This document shows positions 47,080-57,958 of a stretch of DNA of 64,000 nt, in pieces. This DNA is from Bryobacterales bacterium (lineage in GTDB: Bacteria; Acidobacteriota; Terriglobia; Bryobacterales; UBA6623). The notes beneath the pieces were generated by a model. It ran no database searches. It was given only the letters and a program-made list of their open reading frames with translations, and was not told the DNA's origin. How positions within the stretch are numbered: the stretch's first letter is position 1; every line of letters starts with the position of its first letter. Made by a program: the position numbers and the translations under genes. The stretch lies in assembly GCA_963422375.2 (NCBI GenBank), contig OY729427.2, positions 1,536,001-1,600,000 on the forward strand. Direction: 5' to 3'.

Positions 47080-47278
47080 TCCTATACTTGCCGAGATCAG
47101 GTCAATTCGTGACAGACACGCGGCCCGGTTCAGGTACGATGTGAAAGCGATCTTCGCAGATCTCTGCGCTCGGCAGGAAGCTTCAGATTGCACTCACGTA
47201 CGCTATCCGTCCCGACGAGTGACCAAATCGGCCCACGTCACTATGCCAGCGAGACCGTCACGAAAGGCATCCCAATGA
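47063..47278 (+). CDS. Small protein of the type found downstream of this PIN family (putative antitoxin)
   Basis: DPILAEIRSIRDRHAARFRYDVKAIFADL; overlaps the PIN gene end. Confidence 0.6.
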   Translation: MERTIDPILAEIRSIRDRHAARFRYDVKAIFADLCARQEASDCTHVRYPSRRVTKSAHVTMPARPSRKASQ

Positions 47279-48342
47279 GTGACTGAAGCCTGCCAACGCT
47301 CGACCTTCGCCAGCCAAGAAGGTTGGCGCGGTGGAGTGTCTAGTGCAGACTCTTGAGAGCGATGATGTGCGTCGGAAGTATTACCTACCACTCCTTGCCA
47401 AAGCTCAAGGATCCCGTCTTTCGGAAGACGCCTAGCTTCCCGAAGAGTACAGACGAGGTGATTCTCCGGTTATCCGATCCACCGTACTATGCCATTTATC
47501 AAGGAATTACAAAAGTTCACTGAAGTTGTTATGCGAGCTGACTGGGATAGATGTCACGCCCTTATACTGCCATGTATTTTCTAACTTTGTTAACTCTTAT
47601 AGCCCATAAATGCAAAGGAATTATTGAATAGTTTCTGGTCAGAATTTCACTCGGAATAAATGCGAGAAAAGAGACAACTAGAGTGACGAATTCTCACATT
47701 TAGTTTTTTAGTTATGAGCTTCTAAAGGACGTTTTAAGTGAGAACATTCATGGAAGGAAAAGCGGGAATATAGACTCCTTATCCACAGAATAAAGCTACT
47801 CATCCATGCCGATGGACGTCACGGATACTTTGCAGGATATCGATTATAGAATCGTTGGCCTGCAGTCTGAAATCAACCTCTCAGACTTCATTTCGAAGCA
47901 TTCTAGATGACAATTGACTAAATCACTGAGGCTGGGTCATGCACTTTGACGGCATCAAGAGCGCCAAGAGAATCACTGGTGAACAAGAGCAACGATTCAT
48001 TCTTCGATTGTAAGGGTCGTCATAGCAGACGACGTGACTCTGCGCAACGGGTTAAGTGGATTCAGTGTTCCTTGCCAGCATGGCTCGCTGCCAGCATGAT
48101 TGAGACTCCTTGTGTGCATCCTCCCGAGCGGGCCGCACTGAGCGGAGCGTAAGCGCCACTTCGACATTCCAGCGAAACCGCTAGCGCCCAAGTTCCGGGG
48201 CTATTCAGGAGGCACACCTGTAAATCGTTGATTACATTGAGTTGAACTTCCGCGAAGTGGGTTTGCGGGCAATACACCTAGCCAAGATTCACCGGGCGGA
48301 ACAGGCAGTACCCTCTAGAGTCGGAAGGCACTCCTCAATTAC

Positions 48343-50090
48343 ACCCGCACCACCCCCGCAAGCACCGGTCAGCGGGTCGATACCAAGCTCGTCACGGACC
48401 CCTGCGAGACCGGCATGACGATTCCCGTCAACGCCCATGCGGGTGCCCCGGGTGCCCCACCCCGCGAGATGAAAGCGCCCTGTGTGCGATGCCGGGGCGG
48501 AGGCGCGGCGGCGGAGGCCGTTCATTCTTCGGCGGAGCCCTCGCGGCGACCCCGAGCAGCAACGTGGCCGGAGCCGTCCCGCGCGAACACCGCAGTGCGT
48601 CCGGCGGCTGTCGCCGTCGAGGCCGAGGAGGAAACTGACCCGGGCCCGGCGGCCCGAGGACCCTCCGGGCGTTTCCCCGCCGCGCCCGGCAGAGGCAGCG
48701 GCGAACTTCCGGCGGGGAGGCGGCGCTCGGAAGGACGGACGGCATGGACGAGACACTGGAGGCAGCGGCGGAAGAGCCGCGGAAGGCGGTGGCTCGAGCC
48801 GGCGGCAACGACGTCCGCAAGATGGTGCTGACCTGCACGGTGCTGGTCGGGGCCGGCGGGGACGAGGTCCGCGCGCGTCGCAGCCGCACGTACGGTCGCG
48901 GCCTGGGCCGGTTCGCGCGCTGGGTGGCGGGCCTGTGCCCGGAGCGCGTGGTGATGGAGAGCACGGGGGTGTACTGGAAGAGCGTCGTGCCCGCCCTGCA
49001 GGACGCCGGCGTGGAGGTCCGGGTGGTTAACGCGCGGCACGTCAAGCGCGTGCCGGGGCGCAAGACGGACCAGTCCGACAGCCGCTGGCTGGCGATCCCG
49101 GCGCGTTTCGGGCTGGCGCGGGCGAGCTTCGTGCCGCCGCGCTCTCAGGACGAGTTGCGACGCGTGACGCGCCTGCACGCGCGCTTGCGCGGCATGGCGT
49201 CGGAGCTGCGCAACTGATGCCATCGCGTGCTCAACGAGGACGGCGTGCGCATCGGGGCGTGCTGACGGACGCGTTCGGCGTCTCGAGGCGCAACCTGGGG
49301 GCGCAACCTGATGGAGGGCTTGGTGCGCGGGGAGGACCCGCGGAGCCTGCTGGAGGCGGGCGTCAAGGGCAAGGCCCGGCGGAAGGTCCCGGAGCTGCCG
49401 GAGGCGCTGCACGTCGGCCGCGGGCACGTCTCGCGCGAGACGCTGACGCTCATTCCAGGCCTACCGGACGCCGCCGAGGAGGCCGTCACGACGCTGAAAG
49501 CGCGCATTCTCGAGACGGTGCGACGCGACTGGGAGGTGCCCTGGACGCGGCCGCAGACGAACCCGGGCATCGGCGCGGCGGCGGCCGCGGCGCTGATGGC
49601 GGAGGTCGGGGCGGACATGAGCCAGTTCGGCTCGGCGCGGTGCCGGGCGAACCGGGCGGGCATGTGCCCGGGCAACCGCGAGTCGGCCGGCAAGAGCCGC
49701 GGGGGCCGCAGGCGCAAGGGCAACGCGTACGTGCGGTGCATCCTGTGCGAGATCGCCCACGCGGCGGCGCGCACCAGGGACACGCGGTTCGGCCCGCGCA
49801 AGCGCGCCCTGGCCGCGCGGCGGGGCACGGGGTGCGCGGTGGTGGCTCTGGGGCACAAGATCCTGCGCATCGCGTTCGCGATGCTGCGCGACGGCGTGCC
49901 CTACCGCGATCCGGTCGTCGACCCGGAAGCGCTGACGGCGCGCAAGAACCTGTCCCGCTGGCCGCGGATGGTGCGCTAGGCGGAGCTGCTGCGACAGCAG
50001 GCTACGCGCGAAAGGCGGCGGCTGGCCGAGTCCGCTCCGGCCCTGGAGAGGGGGTCCGGAGCGGCTGAGCGGCCGGCACTCGCCTAGGAC
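48343..50090 (+). mobile_element. IS110-family element with a pseudogenised transposase (48744-49979)
   Basis: VMESTGVYWK, VNARHVKRVPGRKTD..D, PGIG, GMCPGNRESAGK, HKILR; internal stop at 49215-49217 and frameshifts; sharp GC rise at the left boundary. Ends approximate. Confidence 0.85.
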
Positions 50091-50526
50091 GGGCCCGGGC
50101 ACTCGGTCACTCAGCGCAAGCGAAGAAGAAGCCCGCACGAACGCCGCCCCGCGCCGGTCCCTGACGTCAATCCAATCATCGGGCCTTCGAGACGTCTCGC
50201 CAAGGCGGAACCGAGGGGGTGTGTCTCCAAGGCCCATAGCCTTCGGAGGAAGCGGATCAAACAACTCGCGATCGCCTACCATACTCCAGTCATCAGTGGA
50301 GCTACGCGGTCAAGCCCCACGAAACTGAAAGTTGAGACGGTCCTGCTGAGTGATTCTTGAACACTGAGTCTCGTAGTCTGACTCGGTCTCGCAACCCCTT
50401 CTTGCACGCTGCGGAGACCTGCGGTGATACTAGTCCCCGACTAGTATAATTGGGCAGGTCGACCTGCCGAGAGCGCACATGACATCAGGGGGTGCGAGGC
50501 AGGTGGCGGACCTAGGAGGAGTAGTT

Positions 50527-53500
50527 ATGTTTGGAATCTTCGCCAAGGCGCGTACCGTGGCGCTAGGAGCGTTTCTGTGCGCCCTCGCGGCCTCCCTGCC
50601 CGCTCAGGTCGAGACGGCTCGGGTCTCCGGCACGGTCAGCGACCCGACCGGGGCCGTCATCCCGGGAGTCGAAGTGATCGTCACCCACGTTCAGACGAAT
50701 CGTCGATTCGCAACCCAGACCAGCGAACTGGGGAGGTACGAGGCCCCCAACCTGCCCCTCGGCGATTACCGCATCGACGTGGAAGCGGACGGATTCAAGC
50801 GCGCGGTCCTGACTGGTATCAACCTCGAGGTTCGCGAAGCGGCCACGGTGAACATCGTCTTGGAGGTCGGGCAGGTGTCGGAGACCGTCTCGGTCGAGGC
50901 AGACGCGCCTCTGCTGACAACGGTCGAGGCCGCACAGGGGGAGGTGATCAGCAACAAGCAGATCGTGGACTTTCCGCTCAACGGCCGTAGCTACATCAAG
51001 CTCGCCCTGTTGTCTACGGGCGCGATGATGACCGACACGGGCCGCCGGGACTCGTTCAGCTCGTCCGGCATGCGGCCTAGCCAGAACAACGTGATGCTCG
51101 ACGGCATCGACAACAACAACCTGCAGAGCGCCACGCACGCGCGACGGTCGGATGCAACGGCGATCTCGATCGACGCCGTGCAGGAATTCAAGGTCGAGAC
51201 CAACACGTTCTCGGCGGAATACGGCAAGTCGGCGGGGGGCGTGGTCAACGTGGTCATGAAGTCGGGCACGAACGAAATTCACGGAACGCTGTTCGGATTC
51301 CTGCGCAACGAGGTGTTCGACGCCAAGAACTTCTTCGACGCCCCGGACTCGCCCCGCCCGCCTTACAAGCGCAGCCAGTTCGGTTTCTCCGCCGGCGGCC
51401 CGATCCGGCGCAACCGCACATTCATCTTCGGCGACTACGAGGGCACGCGGGTTCGGGAGTCTCGAACCGTGAACAACACCATCCCGACGCGCCTGATGCG
51501 GCAAGGGGATTTCAGCGAGATCGCCGACACCATCTTCGATCCCGAGAGCCTGCGACGGACCGACGGCGGATTCGTCCGCGATCCTTACCCGAACCAGCTC
51601 ATCCCGTCCTCGAGCATGGATCCAGTGTCGGCCCAGGCGAAGGACTGGTACCCGGATCCGAAGAAGGATGGCTTGACGCAAAACTACCTGTACAACCCTC
51701 CCCGCCAGGAGAACCGTAACCGCGGAGACGTGCGCGTGGACCACAACTTCTCGGGCACGGACAACATGTTCGTCCGCTACAGCCGCGACACGCGACACAT
51801 CCCTGCCTCTCCGAACCTGCCGGTCCCCGCGATAGGCGGCGCCGGGAACACCGGCGGCAGCTTCACGCATGGCGGCCAGAACATGGGCATGGCTTGGAAC
51901 CACATCTTCACGCCCACGACCCTCACCTCCACCCGAATCGGCTGGAACAACACCGACACGAAGCTGGCCCCGCTGGTGGACTACAACGCCAATGCCCAGC
52001 TCGGCATCGTCGGCGTCGACCAGAGCCAGCCGGGCGCGCCGCTGTTCAACATCTCGGGCGTCACGAATCTCGGAATCGGGTCGAACGTCCCGAACGACGC
52101 CAACGCCCAGACCCGTCAGCTCAAGAACGACACGACGTTCATTCGCGGCCGCCACACGTTCAAGGTGGGCGCGGACATGATGTGGCTCCAGAACTACCTG
52201 AAGAACCCGAAGGAGCGGCTAGGCCTGTTCTTCTTCAATGGAAACTACACGCGCAACCCGGCGGACAACAAGGGCGGCGATCCGTTCGCGCACTTTCTTA
52301 CCGGCATCCCTCACCAGACCCGCGTGGCTCGCGGCGTCTACATGGCGCTACGCGGCCAGTTCCATCAGTTCTACTTCCAAGACGAATGGAAGGCCACCGA
52401 AAAGCTGACGGTGAATGTCGGCGTCCGATACCAAGTCTTCCTGCCGTGGGTCGAGAAGTCGCGCGACGGGTGGGTCAACTTCGATATCGAGGCTAACCCG
52501 GAGAATCCGCCGCTCGTCATGGCAGTGCCCGGCGGCAGCCGCTTGCAGCGCTCGCACGTCCAGACGGACGGCGACAATTTCGGCCCTCGGTTCGGGATCG
52601 CCTACCAGGTCCGCCCGACAACGGTCATCCGCGCCGGGTACGGGGTTTTCCACGGCACGTGGGATCCGCCGGGGGGCGGCAAGCTGATGCAGAGCAACCC
52701 GCCGTTCGAGGTGAGGAACTGGAGCAGCACGGATAACATCCACCCCGACATCCGCCTGAGCACTGGAATCTCGAACTCGCCGGTCGGCGAGAACTTCGAC
52801 CCACGCGCCGCCTCGAACATGTCGGTAACGAATTACCAGCGCGACCGGTCGTGGCCCTACTCACAGCAGTGGAACTTCAACATCCAGCAGTCGTTCGGCG
52901 GCGACTGGATGATGGAGGCCGGCTACTTCGCCTCAAAGACGACGCACGCCATCCGCAAGTACGATATGAACTTCTCGCCTCCCGGACCGGGCAACCGCAA
53001 CCGCAAGCGCCGCTGGAAGTCCATCGTGTGGCCGGGCTCGGACATCGTCATCTCGCCGCTGGCTCAAGTCTTCCGCCACCAGTTCGACGGCGATGCGAAT
53101 TTCCACTCGGGGCAGCTCAAGGTCAAGAAGCGGCTGTCGGGCGGGCTGAACATCCTGACCTCGTACGCATTCTCCAAGAACATCGACGATTTCTGCGCGG
53201 AGGGTGGCGGAGGCACCACGGGCGGCTGCGGCGAGCCACAGGACACCAACAACTTCCGCCTCAACAAGTCGCTCAGCAGCCTGCACATCCGGCATCAGTT
53301 CGTCGGCAGCGTGATCTACGACCTGCCGTTCGGCCGCGGCCGACGCTGGGGATCGGGCTGGAACGCCCTGCAAGACCGCATCCTAGGCGGCTGGACGCTG
53401 GCGAGCATCACCACGCTGCGTAGCGGCCAGCCCTTCAGCGCGACGGTGCTCGGAAATCCCGCCAACACCAACACCACCAACCGGCCCAACGTGGTGGGCG

Positions 53501-53823
53501 ATCCGAACCTGCCGGCCGGGGAGCGGACGCTGAGCCGCTGGTTCGACACGGACATGCTGGTGCCGAACGAGAGGTACGAGTTCGGCAACGCGGCCCGCAA
53601 CATCCTCTTCTCGCCGGACCCGAGGAACTGGGATTTCGCGGTCTACAAGCGCTTCCAGTTCAGCGAGTCCAAGGCAGTGCAGATTCGGTTCGAAGCTTTC
53701 AACTTCACCAACACGCCGCGCTTCGGCAACCCCAACTCCGAAGTCGGCAACCGGAATTTCGGACGCATCACGGGCGCGGGAGGACCGCGCAACATCCAGC
53801 TGGGGCTGAAGTTCATCTTCTGA
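50527..53823 (+). CDS. TonB-dependent receptor (Oar-like, carboxypeptidase regulatory-like N-domain)
   Basis: GTVSDPTGAVIPG, PLNGRSY, DAVQEFKV, KSGTNEIHG, C-terminal RNIQLGLKFIF; SD aggagg. Confidence 0.93.
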   Translation: MFGIFAKARTVALGAFLCALAASLPAQVETARVSGTVSDPTGAVIPGVEVIVTHVQTNRRFATQTSELGRYEAPNLPLGDYRIDVEADGFKRAVLTGINLEVREAATVNIVLEVGQVSETVSVEADAPLLTTVEAAQGEVISNKQIVDFPLNGRSYIKLALLSTGAMMTDTGRRDSFSSSGMRPSQNNVMLDGIDNNNLQSATHARRSDATAISIDAVQEFKVETNTFSAEYGKSAGGVVNVVMKSGTNEIHGTLFGFLRNEVFDAKNFFDAPDSPRPPYKRSQFGFSAGGPIRRNRTFIFGDYEGTRVRESRTVNNTIPTRLMRQGDFSEIADTIFDPESLRRTDGGFVRDPYPNQLIPSSSMDPVSAQAKDWYPDPKKDGLTQNYLYNPPRQENRNRGDVRVDHNFSGTDNMFVRYSRDTRHIPASPNLPVPAIGGAGNTGGSFTHGGQNMGMAWNHIFTPTTLTSTRIGWNNTDTKLAPLVDYNANAQLGIVGVDQSQPGAPLFNISGVTNLGIGSNVPNDANAQTRQLKNDTTFIRGRHTFKVGADMMWLQNYLKNPKERLGLFFFNGNYTRNPADNKGGDPFAHFLTGIPHQTRVARGVYMALRGQFHQFYFQDEWKATEKLTVNVGVRYQVFLPWVEKSRDGWVNFDIEANPENPPLVMAVPGGSRLQRSHVQTDGDNFGPRFGIAYQVRPTTVIRAGYGVFHGTWDPPGGGKLMQSNPPFEVRNWSSTDNIHPDIRLSTGISNSPVGENFDPRAASNMSVTNYQRDRSWPYSQQWNFNIQQSFGGDWMMEAGYFASKTTHAIRKYDMNFSPPGPGNRNRKRRWKSIVWPGSDIVISPLAQVFRHQFDGDANFHSGQLKVKKRLSGGLNILTSYAFSKNIDDFCAEGGGGTTGGCGEPQDTNNFRLNKSLSSLHIRHQFVGSVIYDLPFGRGRRWGSGWNALQDRILGGWTLASITTLRSGQPFSATVLGNPANTNTTNRPNVVGDPNLPAGERTLSRWFDTDMLVPNERYEFGNAARNILFSPDPRNWDFAVYKRFQFSESKAVQIRFEAFNFTNTPRFGNPNSEVGNRNFGRITGAGGPRNIQLGLKFIF

Positions 53824-54476
53824 CCGCCGACACAGCGCGCCCCGCGGCTGGCAGGTGACGGTCGCGGGAGACTTGCACGCCCGTCGGCCAAGACTCGCGG
53901 TGCCGGCCCTGCCTCCTCGCGCCGTTCGGGCGCGGGCGGCAGGGCCGGAGGCCAGCCCAGGGAAAGGCCGAGCCGACAGCTCCCGATCAGAGTCAAGCAG
54001 CTTGTCGGCCACCTAGAGCAGTACAGCCCCGCCGCAGCGGCTAGCGTGGCCGTGGTCAAACTGAATATCAACGGATTGGTAGTGAGAAGATTCCTGACGA
54101 CGGAGCCTTGGGGACTTGCCGGTACGAGAAATACGTGTTGGATCCTGCCAGTTTGAGCGTAGCGTGGCAAAGTGCGCCAAGGGGGTATTGCCGGGGACGC
54201 GGAGTGGGCAACTACAGGGGCGCGTGGCTCCTATCGCCGCTACCACTCGGCGGCAAGGGATCAGGATCAGCCGGAAAATCTCGAGTGTTCTCGAGATTGG
54301 TCCGGGTTTGCGAGGTGTGCCCCGTGAAAGTGGGAGTCCAATGGGCCGAAGCGCGAGCCCAGTGCGAGCCCCCCCTGATTCTACAAGCGTCCGTCGCAGC
54401 CTTCACAGCGACTGTACTATAATCAGATCGCTTGGAGACGCTCCCGCCGAAGTGACGCAGGCAAATGGGTACGCGA

Positions 54477-55195
54477 ATGATGGATGAGCCGATGAGGCGC
54501 GAGGTTCGCATGGAGCTACTTTCCCTAGTCTAGTGCTTGTGACAAAACCCCTGAATTCTGGCCCGATCAGTATTTCATACTACATCCTGAGGTCGAATGG
54601 AGCCGCAAACACAACATATAGCGCCCAAGGTCGGAAGTTGCTCGGCCGCCAATCGCAAAGATTTCCGCCCTCTACCCAGAATCGCCAGGATTTCGGACTA
54701 GTCGTAGCATTCCAGCGAAATCTTCGCCTTGCGAGATTGGACCCAACGCCTTTGCTGTCAAGGGGATACGAGCTTTATCACGGGCACTAGTCTATGCTCG
54801 CGCCGTAGCCACCGGTGCCGGGTACATCACGTCCCATCGTGAACTAGATAAAGACTCCATTGATCTCACGATCCACTCAAGAGGCCTAATATGTCCTGCA
54901 ATTGAGCTGCAGTTGAAGGCGACAACGCGCTTGGAAGATCCAAACCGTGGAGACTTTCAGTTCGATTTGAAGACCAAGAATTACCAAGACCTCCGTGTAC
55001 GGACGCAAACGCCTCGGTTTCTCATGGTCCTTGACTTTCCAAGTGATGAGTCTCAGTGGATTCGGCTCACAGAATCGAGTCTAATCCTCAAAATGCGTGC
55101 ATAATGGGTAAGCCTGAAAGGTGCCGATGATAGAGACAATATCGCAACGGTTACCGTTCGAATCACACAAGAGAACCGATTCAACATTGAGCGAC
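54477..55195 (+). pseudogene. DUF4365 (PD-(D/E)xK-like) protein, interrupted by a MITE, with an internal stop and 3' deletion
   Basis: Reconstructed LSLVYARAVATGAGY..DKDSIDL..IELQLKAT..KNYQDLR..PRFLMVL..A*WVSLKG. Confidence 0.8.
54533..54787 (+). mobile_element. 255-bp MITE, copy 1
   Basis: Imperfect terminal inverted repeats GTGCTTGTGACAAA / TTTATCACGGGCAC; flanked by the direct repeat tagtcta; removal restores the DUF4365 frame. Confidence 0.85.
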
Positions 55196-56422
55196 ACTCT
55201 CGGTGACTACGTAAGTGTTGTATCCCACCTAATTCAGATGCTATCTGATGTTCAAGAAAGAGATCAGCTATCCATTTTCAGAGATCTCTCCATTGCAAAT
55301 GACGACTTGATTCGAGTTCGAGCAACGGCTGTCTCCGATGGAATAATGACGGTAGATAGCGGCGTTGATTTGATCCACGGGTCTCGTGATATGCTCGTTG
55401 CCGCAGCCCACTCATTGGGTGAAGTGCGACCACTTTATCATGGTGTACCAACTAAGCAGATCGCTGATACCCTAAAGCGTTTCCGGCCAGGTCAGACCGA
55501 ACACCGAGGCTACGTAGTTAGTGCCCGTGATAAAAATCGTATCCCTTTGAAAACAAAGGAGTTAAGTCCAATCTCTCAAGGCGAAGATTTCGCTGGAATG
55601 CTACGACTAATCCGAAATCCTGGCGATTCTGGGTAGAGCGCGGAAATCCTCGCGATTGGCGTCTGAGCAACTTCCGACCTTGGGCCCTATATATTGTGTT
55701 TGGAGATCCATCCGACCTCAGGATGTAGTATGAAATGCTGATCGGGCCAGAATTCAGGGGTTTTGTCACAAGCACTAGTTACACTTCTAGCATCTATTGT
55801 GCCGCGGGTGTTCCATCAGGAGGTTTTCCCTAGTCTAGAAGATCGCTGCATACCGATTGAAAGGCAACTTACTGTGCGCCTTGCGGAGGCACTTGCGACT
55901 ACCAAGGAAGCAACCGAGAAGGCTGTAGCAGGTATTCGCAATCCGCTTGACAAGGCGGTCCCAGAGGCGCTGAGCGCCAACTTTCTTGAGGCTCTCATCA
56001 AGATTATTACACCATTTAGAGCAATCGATATCGGCGTAACTTGGGCCCTAACACGCCCAATCCCATCTCCTCTTCCTAGGGTAAGATTTTCTCCATCTGA
56101 TGTGCTTCTATTGCGTGAAGCTGCTCAGGAATTCCGTAGACGAGAACCCTTGCATGATTTTGAAGTCGTCGGAATAGTTGAGAAGATGGAGCGACAGAAA
56201 TCGGAAGTTGATGGTGTAATCTCTCTGCGGGCATCGCACGAAAGAAAAAATCGGTCGATCAGGGCAATGTTGAATCAGTCCGACTACGAAACTGCCATTC
56301 AAGCCCACAAGCTCAAGACACCTCTGGTCCTGAAGGGCGACCTTGACAAATCCCCTCAGCAATGGCGATTGCTGAATGCAAGAATTGTCGACATCATCCG
56401 TGCGACCGACCGGACGTCCTAG
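55196..56422 (+). pseudogene. Hypothetical partner of DUF4365, 5'-deleted and interrupted by a MITE
   Basis: LGDYVSVVSHLI..GQTEHRGYVV|TLLASIVP..SANFLEAL..DYETAIQAH..LKGDL. Confidence 0.7.
55521..55775 (-). mobile_element. 255-bp MITE, copy 2 (inverted)
   Basis: About 22 substitutions relative to copy 1 by manual alignment (about 91% identity); flanked by the direct repeat tagtta; removal restores the frame. Confidence 0.85.
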
Positions 56423-56527
56423 ACGAATCCCCATTACGGGGCGACTGGCTTGCGACATCCCATTCAGGGCCCCACCTGACAGAGGACTGGCGCGGGCTAG
56501 ACCGCCGAACCAGCCTCGCGAGAGACG

Positions 56528-57946
56528 CTAGGCGAGGATGTCGTCGACCACCCTTCCGTGGACATCGGTGAGACGGAAGTCGCGTCCTTGGAAGCGGTAG
56601 GTCAGCTTGGTGTGTTCGATCCCCAGCAGGTGCAGCAGCGTCGCGTGCAGGTCATGCACGTGGACCACGTCCTCTGCTGCGTTGTATCCCAATTCGTCCG
56701 TCGCGCCGTAGTTGTGCCCGCCCTTGATGCCGCCTCCGGCCATCCACATCGAAAAGCCCTTGATGTGGTGGTCGCGGCCCAGCAAGGCCGGATCCGCTCC
56801 TTGGGACATGGGCGTGCGCCCGAATTCCCCGCACCACACGATCAAGGTGTCGTCCAGCATGCCGCGCTGCTTGAGATCCTTGACGAGAGCGGCCGTGCCC
56901 TGATCGACGTAGCCGCAGCTCTTCACCAAGCCGGTGCGGATCTCGTTGTGGTGGTCCCAGCCACGGTGATAGAGGTGGATGAAGCGCACGCCGCGCTCGG
57001 CCATGCGGCGAGCCAGCAGGCAGTTGGCGTTGAAGGTCCCATCCCCGCCCCGGGTGCCGTACATTTCCAGCACGTGCGCGGGCTCGTCCGAGAAATCCAC
57101 CAGCTCGGGCACGCTCATCTGCATGCGAAAGGCCAGCTCGTACTGCGCGATGCGCGTGGCGATCTCCGGGTCGCGCGTCCAGCTCTGCTGAACGCCGTTG
57201 AGTTCGCTCACGGCGTCGATCAGCTCGCCCTGCATGGCGCGACTGACGCCGTTCGGGCTGCGCACGTAATTCACCGGATCCCCGGTCGAATGGAACTTCA
57301 CGCCCTGGTACACGCTCGGCAGGAACCCGCTGTTCCACTGCCGGGCAGCGATCGGCTGGCTCTGGGAGCCGCCCTCGGACGTCAGCACGACGAATCCCGG
57401 CAGGTCCTCGGACTGGCTTCCCAGTCCGTACAGCACCCACGAGCCCATGCTGGGCCGGCCGGGCAGGCGGAACCCCGTGTTCATGAACGTGTGAGCGGTG
57501 TCATGGTTGATCTGCTCGGTCTGCATCGAGCGCACGATGCAAATGTCGTCGGCGATCTCCCCGATGCGCGGCAGCAGTGAAGTCATGTGCTGCCCGCTAT
57601 TGCCGTAGCGCTTGAACGGATGTTGCGGGCCGAGAATCTTCAGCTCCTTGCCCTGCAGCTGGGCGATCTGCTGGCCCTTGGTGAAGGACTCCGGCATCGG
57701 CTCGCCGTCGCGCTTGGCCAGCTCGGGCTTGTAGTCCAGCAGCTCGAGGTGGGCCGGCCCGCCCGCCATGCACAGGAAGATGACGCGCTTGACCTTGGCC
57801 GGCCTGTCCGGGAATCCCCTCGTGCCCGGCTGGAGGGCCAGCAGGCCGGGCTTGAGCAGCGACGCGAGCGCCAGCGACCCGAGTCCCATCGAAGCGCGCC
57901 CCAAGAACGCGCGCCGCGTCTCGACCAACCCCAGACCCGTATGCAT
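56528..57946 (-). CDS. DUF1501 family protein (Tat-exported)
   Basis: TRRAFLG, KRVIFLCMAGGP, RPSMGSW, CLLARRMAERGVRF, GEFGRTP, GRDHH. Confidence 0.93.
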   Translation of the reverse strand: MHTGLGLVETRRAFLGRASMGLGSLALASLLKPGLLALQPGTRGFPDRPAKVKRVIFLCMAGGPAHLELLDYKPELAKRDGEPMPESFTKGQQIAQLQGKELKILGPQHPFKRYGNSGQHMTSLLPRIGEIADDICIVRSMQTEQINHDTAHTFMNTGFRLPGRPSMGSWVLYGLGSQSEDLPGFVVLTSEGGSQSQPIAARQWNSGFLPSVYQGVKFHSTGDPVNYVRSPNGVSRAMQGELIDAVSELNGVQQSWTRDPEIATRIAQYELAFRMQMSVPELVDFSDEPAHVLEMYGTRGGDGTFNANCLLARRMAERGVRFIHLYHRGWDHHNEIRTGLVKSCGYVDQGTAALVKDLKQRGMLDDTLIVWCGEFGRTPMSQGADPALLGRDHHIKGFSMWMAGGGIKGGHNYGATDELGYNAAEDVVHVHDLHATLLHLLGIEHTKLTYRFQGRDFRLTDVHGRVVDDILA

Positions 57947-57958
57947 GATGGCCCCTCC

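Noticed and set aside
50305..50345. Possible IS end fragments here and near 54315-54341
   Set aside because: No partner end or transposase is nearby, and the matches are too short to support.
54533..54790. 85-aa ORF spanning each MITE copy
   Set aside because: The start and stop are formed by the element end and the target repeat, many differences between copies are non-synonymous, and there is no recognisable motif. It is probably incidental.
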